A stretch of DNA of 64,000 nucleotides from Chloroflexota bacterium (GTDB taxonomy: Bacteria > Chloroflexota > UBA11872 > VXNJ01): the NCBI GenBank assembly GCA_965261345.1, contig OZ253449.1:2080001-2144000 (forward strand), read 5' to 3'. The notes under the pieces were generated by a model, which worked only from the letters and a program-made list of their open reading frames with translations, had not been told where the DNA came from and did no database searches. Position 1 is the first letter of the stretch, and each line of letters begins with the position of its first letter. The position numbers and the translations under genes were made by a program. Positions 50,586 through 60,303 of this stretch are shown one piece after another.

Positions 50586-52003
50586 TCGGAGGTTTGGTAG
50601 TGGCTGCGCACCAGGTAGCTGGTAATCGCCTGGGACAGCCTCAGTTTTTGATCGGCCACCGCCGGATCAGACCACAGATTTCGGGTCTCGCCGGGATCGT
50701 TTTCCAGATCGAACAGTTGGCCCTCGCAGCTATCGAGCAGCGCAACCAATTTCCATCGCGAATCGCGCACCATGGTCATAAAGTCCCACTCCAGCCCCAT
50801 CATGTCCTCACGGCTCTGCTCGCAAAACACGTATTCGCGCCCGGTTGCCGCCGCCGAACCCTGGAGCGCTGGCAGCATGCTAATTCCCTCGAAACCGGCC
50901 GGCGGCTCAAGGCCAGCAAACGCAAATATCGTCGGCGCCAGATCTATCCATGAATAGAGATCCTCAATCGCTTGCCCACCGGCGAATCGCGCCGGCGACC
51001 AAACAATCATCGGCACCCGGGTAACACAGTCGAAGAAAGTCCATTTTTGACTGTGCCCGTGATCGCCCAGGGCGTCACCGTGATCGGACGTAAAGATTAC
51101 GATCGAGTTCTCGAGCAACCCCCGTGCGGACAGGGCCGCCATGATGTTGCCAACCTGCCGATCGATCAGGGCCACGTTGGCCATGTAACAGGCCCGCTGG
51201 TGCTGGCGCTGCGCGCGCGTGGGATTTAGTAGGTGAACGATCGAGTCGTGATCGACGGCCGCGTTGTGCTCGCGCATCGCCCGGAAAGGTAACGGCTGCT
51301 CGGCGAGCTCGCGGGAACTGGGATCGGCCAGGCCGAAATCGCGATCGGCGTACACGCGGGCCAGTTCAGGGGTCGGATCATAGGGCGGATGGGGACCGGG
51401 AAACCCGATTTGCAGGAAGAGCGGCCCGGTGAATTGCTGATGCTCGATCCAGTGTTCGGCGAAACCACCCACGAAATTGTCAGATTGCAGATCCTCGTCG
51501 TAATCCCAGATGAATGCCCCCAACGATTCCTGGTAATCGGGCCTTTGACGATAGACGATTCGGCCTGGTTTGGGGGTCAACTTACGGGCAATTAGGGCCT
51601 TGTCCCACTCGTCGATAAAGCTGGCGCCCTGGAGGTAGCGGTCCTTGTTTTCGACGACGTAACGCTCATCAAAACCGGCGGGCGCCAGGAAGGGGGTGGT
51701 GTGCATTTTGCCGATGTTGACAGTGTGGTAACCGGCCGATTGCAGGTCGGCAATCCAGGTAGTTTGCCAAGGATCGCCATTTTTGAAGATTCCGGTGGTG
51801 TGTGGATAGCGCCCGGTGAAAAGCGCCGCGCGCGCCGGCGCGCAGGAGGTGGCCGGGATGTGGCACTGGTTGAATGTGATCCCCTCGTTGACCAGGCGGT
51901 CCAGATGGGGCGTGTCCATGTAGTCAAATCCCAGCGCGCCAATGGTGTCGAAGCGCTGCTGATCGGTAATGATCAGGATGATATTTGGGCGTTGATCTGC
52001 CAA
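50564..52003 (-). CDS. Cys-type sulfatase
   Basis: PNIILIITDQQRFD, CAPAR, GKMH, PHPPYDP, SDHGD and QLFDL. Confidence 0.92.
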   Translation of the reverse strand: MADQRPNIILIITDQQRFDTIGALGFDYMDTPHLDRLVNEGITFNQCHIPATSCAPARAALFTGRYPHTTGIFKNGDPWQTTWIADLQSAGYHTVNIGKMHTTPFLAPAGFDERYVVENKDRYLQGASFIDEWDKALIARKLTPKPGRIVYRQRPDYQESLGAFIWDYDEDLQSDNFVGGFAEHWIEHQQFTGPLFLQIGFPGPHPPYDPTPELARVYADRDFGLADPSSRELAEQPLPFRAMREHNAAVDHDSIVHLLNPTRAQRQHQRACYMANVALIDRQVGNIMAALSARGLLENSIVIFTSDHGDALGDHGHSQKWTFFDCVTRVPMIVWSPARFAGGQAIEDLYSWIDLAPTIFAFAGLEPPAGFEGISMLPALQGSAAATGREYVFCEQSREDMMGLEWDFMTMVRDSRWKLVALLDSCEGQLFDLENDPGETRNLWSDPAVADQKLRLSQAITSYLVRSHYQTSDWGQQWR

Positions 52004-52182
52004 ATTTGCTCCCGCAATAGGTTGGGCGGCTTAGTTGGCCGGCAATCAAATGCTATTTGAGGATGGCCGCGCAAAGTTGTCCGATTACCAGCGAAAATGG
52101 TATATGGCCGGCTGCGGGCGCACGGGACATCCGTTGCCTGCACCATTTGAATTCGTGCAGATATTCAGCTCGGTAGCAACAC

Positions 52183-53220
52183 ATGCGCAAGCAAGCAGAT
52201 GCCCCGTTGATCGGATTGACCTTGGGCGACCCGACCGGGGTGGGCCCCGAGGTAGTTGCCAAGGCCCTAGGCCACCGCAAGGTTTATGAGCGGGTGCGTC
52301 CGTTGGCTATTGGTAGCGCCTCGGCGCTGAAGCGGATCATCGCAATCTGTGGTCTCGAAATGAGCGTGCGGCCAATCCACGATGTTGCCGATTGCCGATT
52401 TGAATTCGGGAAAATTGACACCCTGGACCTGTGGGACGAGGATCATTCCGAGCTCCCCTTCAAGATGGAAACCGCCGAGGGTGGGCGGGCTGCGGTTACC
52501 GCGGTGATCGAAGCGGTAATGCTCTGCGCGGCCGGCCGGATGGACGCCATGGCGACCTCGCCGTTGCACAAACTGGCGATGAAAATGGCCGGTTTCGAAT
52601 ATCCAGGCCACACCGAAATTGTCCAGGAGTTCTCTGGTGCCAAGACCTCGCGGATGATGTTGGTGGCCGGCAAGTTGCGGGTGATTCATGTATCAACCCA
52701 CGTCGGGCTGGCCGAAGCGGTCACCCTGGTTCGGACCGATCGCATTGTCGAGGTGATCGAGATTTTCAATCGTGCGCTCGAGGATATGGGTATTCAGGAT
52801 CCCCTGATCGCGGTGGCTGGTCTCAACCCGCATGCCGAACCAGGCAATCTTTTCGGCATCGAGGATTCGGCCGAGGTCGAGCCGGCGGTTGCGCGCGTGC
52901 AAGCGATGGGTATACGGGCGATCGGCCCGATGCCCCCCGATACGGTTTTTGCCCGTGCTGCCGGAGGTGAATACGACGGCGTTGTGGCGATGTATCACGA
53001 CCAGGGCCACATCGCGGTCAAGATGCTTGGGATTCACAACGGAGTCAACGTGACCTTGGGGACCCCGGTGATTCGCACTTCCGTGGACCATGGGACCGCC
53101 TACGGCCGGGCGGGTGACAACCGGGCCGAAGAAACCAGCATGCTCAACGCAACCCTGCTGGCGGCCGACATGGTAGTGGCCCGTCGGGCCCGTCAGGTTT
53201 CGCTACCGGTTCCTAGTTGA
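52183..53220 (+). CDS. pdxA: PdxA-family dehydrogenase (4-hydroxythreonine-4-P or D-threonate-4-P dehydrogenase)
   Basis: GDPTGVGPE, GHTE, GLNPHA, AMYHDQGH, VNVTLG and RTSVDHGTA. Confidence 0.88.
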   Translation: MRKQADAPLIGLTLGDPTGVGPEVVAKALGHRKVYERVRPLAIGSASALKRIIAICGLEMSVRPIHDVADCRFEFGKIDTLDLWDEDHSELPFKMETAEGGRAAVTAVIEAVMLCAAGRMDAMATSPLHKLAMKMAGFEYPGHTEIVQEFSGAKTSRMMLVAGKLRVIHVSTHVGLAEAVTLVRTDRIVEVIEIFNRALEDMGIQDPLIAVAGLNPHAEPGNLFGIEDSAEVEPAVARVQAMGIRAIGPMPPDTVFARAAGGEYDGVVAMYHDQGHIAVKMLGIHNGVNVTLGTPVIRTSVDHGTAYGRAGDNRAEETSMLNATLLAADMVVARRARQVSLPVPS

Positions 53221-54182
53221 TCGGCCCGCCCGGATTCGCCATGCGATCGCTGCGATCGCCCATCCAGCCGATCGACCGCCTGCCGGTCCGGAAGAGACGA
53301 CGAAGCCCCCAATCTGGTGCAGGCTAGCGAACCGGCGGCGCTGGCGAACCTGAGCGCTCCGGGCAGCGACCGCCGTTCGATCAGGGCGACCGCCAAGGCG
53401 CCGCAGAAAGCGTCACCGGCGGCGGTGCTGTCGACAACCTCGGTTTCAAATGCGGGCAGGGTCTGGCGGCTGTGCCCGTCGCTGCAGGCAAGTCCGCCGG
53501 CACCCAAGGTGATGATGGCCACTCCGCCACTGCGCCGCGCCAACCGCCTGGCCAGGTCGGCGGCCGAGCGATGATCGGGCGGGGCGACGCCGGCGAGCGC
53601 GCCGGCTTCGGTCTCGTTAACGACCAGGTAGTCAACCAGTCGAAGAAGCCGGTCGTCCAATCGACTGGGCGGGGCCGCGTTGAGCAGGGTGATGGCGCCG
53701 GTTTGGCGGGCCAATTCAAATCCGGCGGCAATCGCCGGGATTGGGATTTCCAGCACTGCCAGGACCAACCGGGCTGCACCGACCTGGGGGCACCGAGCCG
53801 CTTGGTTGGTAACCGCCAAGTTTGCACCAGCGGCCAATGCGATTGCGTTCTGGCCGTTGGCGTCAATTGTGATCAGCGCCACCCCCGAGGATTGGCCGGG
53901 CAGACTGGCAACCTGGTCAATATCTATGCCCTCCGCGGCCAATTGGGCGATCCGCGCGCGGCCAAAATCATCGTCGCCGACCGCGCCGACCATGCAGACT
54001 GGCGCACCCAGGCGGGCCGCCGCCACCGCCTGGTTGGCACCCTTGCCGCCGCCGATGATTTGGAGCGCCGAGCTGGTCAATACCGTTTCGCCCGGCCTCG
54101 GCAGGGTCGGCAACTGCACAACAAGGTCGGTGTTGATGCTGCCGACAACGGTTATCCCGCCCAAATTGTTATCAACTTTCAT
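53193..54182 (-). CDS. rbsK: Ribokinase (PfkB family)
   Basis: VGSINTD, GGKGANQA, NETEA and DSTAAGDAF. Confidence 0.88.
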   Translation of the reverse strand: MKVDNNLGGITVVGSINTDLVVQLPTLPRPGETVLTSSALQIIGGGKGANQAVAAARLGAPVCMVGAVGDDDFGRARIAQLAAEGIDIDQVASLPGQSSGVALITIDANGQNAIALAAGANLAVTNQAARCPQVGAARLVLAVLEIPIPAIAAGFELARQTGAITLLNAAPPSRLDDRLLRLVDYLVVNETEAGALAGVAPPDHRSAADLARRLARRSGGVAIITLGAGGLACSDGHSRQTLPAFETEVVDSTAAGDAFCGALAVALIERRSLPGALRFASAAGSLACTRLGASSSLPDRQAVDRLDGRSQRSHGESGRADQLGTGSET

Positions 54183-54302
54183 TTGAATTGTTGGACTCCC
54201 ATCCTCATGCGGAGTTACTGGCCATAATCATCTCGACCCAGCCGTTCCGGGCCGGTCCGGTGCCCAAGTCGCCCCCAAGAACCGTTCCCCAGTCCACTCG
54301 TA

Positions 54303-55436
54303 ATGCGCGATTTTGACCACAGCGAAGCCGACAGCTTCGTTTCTATTGATAACCACGATTCATGGCGACGCCTATCCTGGACGATTCCAGTGTTTGCGGT
54401 GGCCCTGGCGGCAGCGTTTGCGGCCTGGCTTTTTACACCGGAACCGAGCTTCAACTCGGGCGCCCTCGCCGGTCCGATCAACGCCGCCGAGATTGATCCG
54501 GCTGCGATCACCCCGGCCGAGCAACGTTTGCGGGATCTCATCGAACCCCTACCCGAGGTCTCCGGGTTGCTCGGCAGCCCGGAAGAAATCGTTCCTGACT
54601 GGCCGATCGGGAAGCCATTTACGGCACTGATCCTGGGGATCGATCGTCGCGGCGCCGATCCTTCGGGGCGCACCGACACCATGATCTGGCTGCGGGTCGA
54701 TCCCGGGAGTGATACTGCCGTTGCGGTATCGATACCGCGTGATATCTGTATCGCGGTATGCCAAACGCGCCCGGTGCGAATAAACGCGGCCAAGGACCTG
54801 TTCGGCGTGGGCGGGTTGAAGCGCGAGGTCGCCGCCCTCATCGGCCAACCGGTCGATTACTACGTGGCGATGGAGTTTCCAGGATTCGTAGAGCTGGTGG
54901 ACCATTTCGGCGGGATTGATGTCTTCGTTGAAAAAGAAATCCGTGATCGCAATTTCCCGGCGGTCGACGACTCCCAGTTTGAATATTTTTTCCTACCACA
55001 AGGGCAACAGCATTTGGACGGGGCCACCGCCCTCAAATTCGTCCGAACACGATACCAGGATGGGGATTTCGGCCGCGTTCAGCGCCAACAGCAATTTCTG
55101 CGGGCGGCGCGCGACCAATTGGTCGCGCCGGCCCTCATTGTCCAGGCGCCGACCTTGCTGGCCCAACTCGGATCCACCTTCGACACTGATATTCCCTTGC
55201 TTTCGGTGCCTTCGCTGATCAAATTGGCGACCCGGATCCCTTCGTCGGCTATCGATTCCGGAGTAATTGACTACCGATTGGGCATGGTTGAACCGTTTAC
55301 TAGCGAAAATGGCGCCCAGGTCCTGCTCGCCAACGGCCCAATCATCCGGTCCTACGTGGCTGAATTGATCGCCGAAACAACGACCCGGCCGACCACCGAA
55401 CCGATCGACCCGACATCAGAGGAGCCCCAGCCATGA
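54303..55436 (+). CDS. LCP (LytR-CpsA-Psr) cell-wall glycopolymer transferase
   Basis: Single TM; LILGID, RTDTMI, SIPRD, RINAA and FVRTR...GDFGRVQRQQ. Confidence 0.92.
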   Translation: MRDFDHSEADSFVSIDNHDSWRRLSWTIPVFAVALAAAFAAWLFTPEPSFNSGALAGPINAAEIDPAAITPAEQRLRDLIEPLPEVSGLLGSPEEIVPDWPIGKPFTALILGIDRRGADPSGRTDTMIWLRVDPGSDTAVAVSIPRDICIAVCQTRPVRINAAKDLFGVGGLKREVAALIGQPVDYYVAMEFPGFVELVDHFGGIDVFVEKEIRDRNFPAVDDSQFEYFFLPQGQQHLDGATALKFVRTRYQDGDFGRVQRQQQFLRAARDQLVAPALIVQAPTLLAQLGSTFDTDIPLLSVPSLIKLATRIPSSAIDSGVIDYRLGMVEPFTSENGAQVLLANGPIIRSYVAELIAETTTRPTTEPIDPTSEEPQP

Positions 55437-56245
55437 CCAACGCCGGATTTGTGATTTCCGATCCCGGCGCCCCGGTGGAATTGCTGGCGATCGGCACCGA
55501 AATGGTCATCGGGAGGATCCAGGACACCAATTCTTCGTGGCTGGCCGACCGACTTACCCGGTCCGGGGCGGTTGTAAGGAGAATCACCGCGGTCGCCGAT
55601 GATCCGGAACTTCTGACCGGAGTTTGGCAGAGCGCCGTAGATCGTCGGGTCGGGCTGGTGCTCTCAACCGGCGGATTGGGTCCTACGCCGGACGATATGA
55701 CGGTGGAGGTCGCCGCCGCGCTGGCCGGGGTCGGAGTTGAGCCCAACCAGTCGATCCTGGCTTCCTATCGACGGCGTCGTGAAATTGGTCTGGATGACGC
55801 CCTGCCGCCGCACCTGTACAAGATGTCGTCGGTACCACGCGGGTCGCAGGTATTTGAAAATCTGCACGGCTGGGCCCCGGCCTTTGCGATCAAGGTTGGG
55901 CCAACCGTATTGGCCTGCATGCCGGGCCCGCCGAGTGAAATGCGTTCGCTCTGGGAGAGTGGAATCGGTCCCGAGGTCGAGCGTGGCTACGGCGGTCGAA
56001 CCGAATCCGAGCGGGTGCTGGTGTCCATGTTCGAATCCCAGGTCGCCCCGATCCTGGAGCTGGTTATGGCCCGCCACCAAAACGCGTACCTGAAGGCCTA
56101 TGTGGCGCTGGGGCAGCGCGATGTCGGGTTGCCGGTCGATGTGATCGTGCGAAGGCAAACCGGCGGGGCCGAGCTGGGTGTGGTTCTCGCCTACCTGCGC
56201 GAGTTGGTGGAAGCTGCGGGCGAACAGATTTTGGATCTGCGCTAG
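55433..56245 (+). CDS. CinA N-terminal-like molybdopterin-binding domain protein (COG1058, no PncC domain)
   Basis: IGTEMVIGRIQDTN, TGGLGPTPDDMT and MPGPPSEM; ATGA overlap with the LCP gene. Confidence 0.85.
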   Translation: MTNAGFVISDPGAPVELLAIGTEMVIGRIQDTNSSWLADRLTRSGAVVRRITAVADDPELLTGVWQSAVDRRVGLVLSTGGLGPTPDDMTVEVAAALAGVGVEPNQSILASYRRRREIGLDDALPPHLYKMSSVPRGSQVFENLHGWAPAFAIKVGPTVLACMPGPPSEMRSLWESGIGPEVERGYGGRTESERVLVSMFESQVAPILELVMARHQNAYLKAYVALGQRDVGLPVDVIVRRQTGGAELGVVLAYLRELVEAAGEQILDLR

Positions 56246-56268
56246 CCATCGGCGGGCGGCCGAAACGC

Positions 56269-56853
56269 TCAGATTCCGAGCGTTACCCCGGAAATTACCA
56301 TCGATTGATCAGAAATTATCAGAGTCCGGGTATCAATCGGGACCCTTGGCAAACCGGCATTGAAGGTCGCGTTGATGCTCGTGACCGCAAGGTCGCGGAA
56401 CCAGCCCGGGGCCGTTAATTCACCGATCTGGGCGTGCTCCAGCGTCAGTTTGCGCGCGGCGTCCTCGATTCGCAGGCTGAAATCGATGCGGAATTGAAAA
56501 TCGATCCGGGCCAGATTGAGCTTGCCAAAGAAAATGATCCCGTCAGCCTTTAGGTAAGCCTCGCCGGAATTTATGCCGATCAATGGCAGGCCGGGCCTGG
56601 ACCAGTCGGCAATCTTGCTAAAGACTTCGGACTCGGATATTTGCAGCATCACCGGTTGCGAGCGCCCGGTCAGGCGGCTTTCGGCAATCGCCCTGGCGAC
56701 CGGTTCCAGCTTTTGGTCGAGCACCCGGAGGTCCAACGCGCTCTCGGACAAACTGGGCAGACCGCTGCGGTTTTCGATCGGTTGGGCGGCAAAATAGACA
56801 ACCAACGCCAGGCCGGCCAGAATGACCGCGATCAGCAGTGGCTTTGGGCGCAC
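56269..56853 (-). CDS. Hypothetical membrane-anchored protein
   Basis: Fills the gap between genes; N-terminal hydrophobic anchor followed by amphipathic beta/alpha pattern. Confidence 0.6.
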   Translation of the reverse strand: MRPKPLLIAVILAGLALVVYFAAQPIENRSGLPSLSESALDLRVLDQKLEPVARAIAESRLTGRSQPVMLQISESEVFSKIADWSRPGLPLIGINSGEAYLKADGIIFFGKLNLARIDFQFRIDFSLRIEDAARKLTLEHAQIGELTAPGWFRDLAVTSINATFNAGLPRVPIDTRTLIISDQSMVISGVTLGI

Positions 56854-56967
56854 GGGGAACTTGCTTGCCGGGTCGTCTCTACAATCGTTTCGCCGCCACC
56901 AATCGGCAATAGCAGCCGGCGCGTTCGCGACGGCAATCGGCCGAGATGATCTATTGAAGCGAGAAGC

Positions 56968-57720
56968 ATGGATTTATTGAGTCCTTTTCGCAACCTCTGG
57001 ACCGGTCTCAGCGTTCTCTACTATGACTTGTTGGCGCTGGCCTTCAGATCCCATCTTCCATGGTTGCTGTGCATGCTGCCCTGGTTCCTGGTCCTGGTGG
57101 GAATATTCATTTTTGCGGCCGGTAGCCCGGAGTTTGCCGACGGAGTCCGCAATTCCAGTATTCACCCACTGTTCCTGGTTGGGTTGCCGCTCATTACCGC
57201 GTTGACGATGGCCTTGGCGGGCCCGGCGACGGCCGCTCTCTATGATGCGACCTGGAAGTTTCATGATGAACACTTAGACCCCAGCTGGTCCGGGTTTTGG
57301 CGCTCCTTCCGATTGTTTTTCTGGCGCGCCTGGGCCATTGCCACGATCGACATCTGCGCCTTCTATCTGCTGATCCTGGCCTTCTTTTTTTACTGGAATC
57401 AGGGTGAGATGCCGTTCCAGGTAATCGCCCTGGTAGTTACCTATCCGGCAATATTCTGGTTCCTCATGCAGCCTTTTCTGATGCCTGCATTAACTCAGCT
57501 CAACGGATCGGTGCGGGCTACGTTCCGCAACGCAGCTTCACTGGCGCTAACCAGTTTTTCGATGTCGATTGCCCTGTTCTTAATTACCGTGCTAACGATC
57601 GTGCTCTCGCTGGTGCTCAATATCTTGGTGTTCCTGGTCGCCCCGACCGCGCTGGCGTTGTCGGGTCAACTTAGCGTTAGTCAGCTAATCGACCGCATCA
57701 ACCGGCGAACCCCCGGCTAA
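56968..57720 (+). CDS. YesL/DUF624-like integral membrane protein
   Basis: GPATAALY and FWRSFR motifs, multiple TM segments; lies upstream of a sugar ABC ATPase. Confidence 0.65.
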   Translation: MDLLSPFRNLWTGLSVLYYDLLALAFRSHLPWLLCMLPWFLVLVGIFIFAAGSPEFADGVRNSSIHPLFLVGLPLITALTMALAGPATAALYDATWKFHDEHLDPSWSGFWRSFRLFFWRAWAIATIDICAFYLLILAFFFYWNQGEMPFQVIALVVTYPAIFWFLMQPFLMPALTQLNGSVRATFRNAASLALTSFSMSIALFLITVLTIVLSLVLNILVFLVAPTALALSGQLSVSQLIDRINRRTPG

Positions 57721-57748
57721 CCCGACCTCTTAGCGCCCCGAACCTGCG

Positions 57749-58858
57749 ATGCCGGAACTGACCGCCCGGCAACTAACCGTCAAATTTGGCGCGGATCCGG
57801 ACGACCCCGGAGGTGGCGGTCAGTCGAGGCGGATGCTGGCGCTCGACCATGTCGATCTGTTCATTCCTGATGGGCAGACGATGGCCCTCATCGGGCCGTC
57901 TGGCTGCGGCAAAACCACCCTGGTGCGAGCGCTGGCCGGCCTGATTTCGCTAGATGAAGGGTCCATTTGGTTCGGCGGTCGCGAAGTTACCGACCTATCA
58001 CCGCGCGAACGCGATGTGGCGGTCGTATTCCAGGAATATGCGCTCTACCCGCATCTGCCATCGGGCGGGATAGTTTCTCTGTTTTTTCGCCTGCATCGCC
58101 GCAGCGGCGAGATACCTGAACGGCTGGTTAGGGCCTGCGAAATCATGGGCCCGGAATTCGAAAAACTACTAGATCGCAAACCCGGCCAGCTGTCCGGCGG
58201 CGAGCAGCAGCGGGTGGCGATCGCCCGCTGCATAATCCGCGACCCGACGGTGTTTCTATTTGATGAACCGCTGGCGAACCTGGATGCCGCGCTGCGCTCC
58301 CGCGTCCGCACCGAAACCAAGCGGTTGCTGCGGCAGTTTGCCACGACCGCCCTTTACGTTACCCACGACCAGCGCGAAGCCGGGGCGATCGGCGACCGGG
58401 TTGCGCTTATGGCTGACGGCCGCATCGTTCAGATTGGCGCCTATGCCGATCTGCGTGAGCGCCCTGCCAATACTCTGGTCGCCGGCTTCATGGGCTATCC
58501 GCCGATGAATCTGTTGCCGGGCCGGGTAATCGCCGGCGGGATCGAGGTGCTCGGCTGCCGCCTGCAAGTAGCTTCCCGTTGGCTAGCGATTCTTGCGGGC
58601 GAACCGGTCACCGTCGGAATACACCCCGATGAACTAAAAATCTGCAGTTGGGGAGAACCCAGGTTGCAAATGCGGGTTGAATCGGCCCAGCCACAGCCCG
58701 AGCGGCGCTCGGTTTTGGTCTTTGGTCAGGTGGGCGGAGTTGACTGCTACGCGTATGTTCCGGGCGATTCGGGAGTGGTCCCAGGCGATGTGCTGCCATT
58801 TACTTGCGCCGACGAAAAATGGGTGCTTTTCGACCAGTCCGGGCAGCGCGTCGGGTAG
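57749..58858 (+). CDS. Sugar ABC transporter ATPase (MalK/MsmK family)
   Basis: [43 protein letters not shown] and PPMN; TOBE-like C-terminus. Confidence 0.92.
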   Translation: MPELTARQLTVKFGADPDDPGGGGQSRRMLALDHVDLFIPDGQTMALIGPSGCGKTTLVRALAGLISLDEGSIWFGGREVTDLSPRERDVAVVFQEYALYPHLPSGGIVSLFFRLHRRSGEIPERLVRACEIMGPEFEKLLDRKPGQLSGGEQQRVAIARCIIRDPTVFLFDEPLANLDAALRSRVRTETKRLLRQFATTALYVTHDQREAGAIGDRVALMADGRIVQIGAYADLRERPANTLVAGFMGYPPMNLLPGRVIAGGIEVLGCRLQVASRWLAILAGEPVTVGIHPDELKICSWGEPRLQMRVESAQPQPERRSVLVFGQVGGVDCYAYVPGDSGVVPGDVLPFTCADEKWVLFDQSGQRVG

Positions 58859-59062
58859 CGTTCGGCGAGTTGGGGGAGGCGATCCTGCCGTTGACATAAT
58901 GTCACGATTTTTGCAAGTTGGGCCCGATCTTGCGCATATACTTGCCTGCAAAGCAGGGCGACAGGCCAAAAGCCGATCGAAACGGGCGCAAAATGTCCGC
59001 TTCGGAAGGCCTAGGGCAAAGATGTGGAGGCCCAACCGGACAGTCCTTTGGAGGTTAGATCG

Positions 59063-60250
59063 GTGAAAAGCGAGTTTGAACTCGCGGTCGCCCAGATCGC
59101 CGCGGACAAAGGCCTGACCATGGGCGATGTAATCGAAGCGGTTAGGGTCGCGGTCGAATCGGCTTATTTCGATCTTCCCGGGGCGCTCGAAGATGTCTCA
59201 GCCGAGGTTGACGCCGAGGGCTCGTTTTCAGTATTTGCCAATAAGACGGTGGTGCAGAAGGTCTCCGATTCCGACACCGAAATCGACGTGGCAGGGGCCC
59301 GTGCGGTCGACCCCGCGGCAGAAGTGGGCGGGGTAGTCCACATTGACGTGACCCCGAGGGGGTTCTCGCGCATCGCTGCCCAAAAAGCCGGGCAGACAAT
59401 GCGCGATACCTTGCGCGAAGCCGAGCGAATGCTGGTGCACGACCTCTACTCGGGCCATGTGAACGAACTGATGGTCGGCAAGATCGTGCGGATTGAAAAC
59501 CGCGGCGCGATTCTTGAATTTGGCCGCGCCGAGGCCCTACTTCCTCCGTCCGAACAGATATCCAATGAACGCCTGCGTCCAAATTCTTGGCTGCGGGTGA
59601 TCCTGCTTGAAGTTCGCGAAGTCGGCCGCGGTCCGCAGCTGCTGGTATCGCGCCGGCACCCCGACTTTGTCCGCAAGCTGTTTGAGCGTGAAGTTCCCGA
59701 GATAAACACCGACGTGGTGCGGGTTGTAAATATCGCCCGCGACGCCGGCGTTCGCTCGAAAGTGGCGGTACAGGCGATGCAGGAAGGCCTTGATCCGATC
59801 GGCACCTGTGTCGGCATCCGCGGTTCGCGGATTCAAAACATCGTCCGTGACCTGGTGCCCGAAAAAGTCGAGATAGTTCAGTATTCAGAGGACCCGGCTG
59901 CCTACGTAGCTAATGCCCTCAGTCCGGCCCGTTCGATGCGGGTCAACATCGATCCGGAACAAAACCTGGCCGATGTTCAGGTTTCCTCCGACATGGTCTC
60001 CCTGGCGATCGGCCGCGAGGGCCAGAATTCGCGTCTAGCGGCGCGGCTTACTGGATGGCGAATCAACATCCGTGATGCCGCTCAGCCGGACAAGCTGCGC
60101 TCGGAAGCGGCCCCGGACCCGGCCATCCTCCTGGGCGATGAAAATCTCGAAGACCTGGCCGAGATCCTCGGACAAGATCTATCCGACCTTGAAGAACACG
60201 ACGCATTCGCCGCCGAAACTGGCGATGTATTGGAACGCGGCGAGGCTTGA
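59063..60250 (+). CDS. nusA: Transcription termination factor NusA
   Basis: FSRIAAQ, S1 domain, FEREVPEI, ARDAGVRSKVAV and SLAIGREGQN. GTG start at 59063 with SD GGAGG at 59050-59054. Confidence 0.95.
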   Translation: MKSEFELAVAQIAADKGLTMGDVIEAVRVAVESAYFDLPGALEDVSAEVDAEGSFSVFANKTVVQKVSDSDTEIDVAGARAVDPAAEVGGVVHIDVTPRGFSRIAAQKAGQTMRDTLREAERMLVHDLYSGHVNELMVGKIVRIENRGAILEFGRAEALLPPSEQISNERLRPNSWLRVILLEVREVGRGPQLLVSRRHPDFVRKLFEREVPEINTDVVRVVNIARDAGVRSKVAVQAMQEGLDPIGTCVGIRGSRIQNIVRDLVPEKVEIVQYSEDPAAYVANALSPARSMRVNIDPEQNLADVQVSSDMVSLAIGREGQNSRLAARLTGWRINIRDAAQPDKLRSEAAPDPAILLGDENLEDLAEILGQDLSDLEEHDAFAAETGDVLERGEA

Positions 60251-60303
60251 ACTTCGGCCCTGCCGGGAAATATCGCCGGAACCCACCGGCATTGAGGATT
60301 TAG

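Noticed and set aside
58960-59045. c-di-GMP-I riboswitch (GGCCAAAA...GAAA...GCGCAAAA)
   Set aside because: The P2 stem does not pair around the GAAA, and the context upstream of nusA is implausible.
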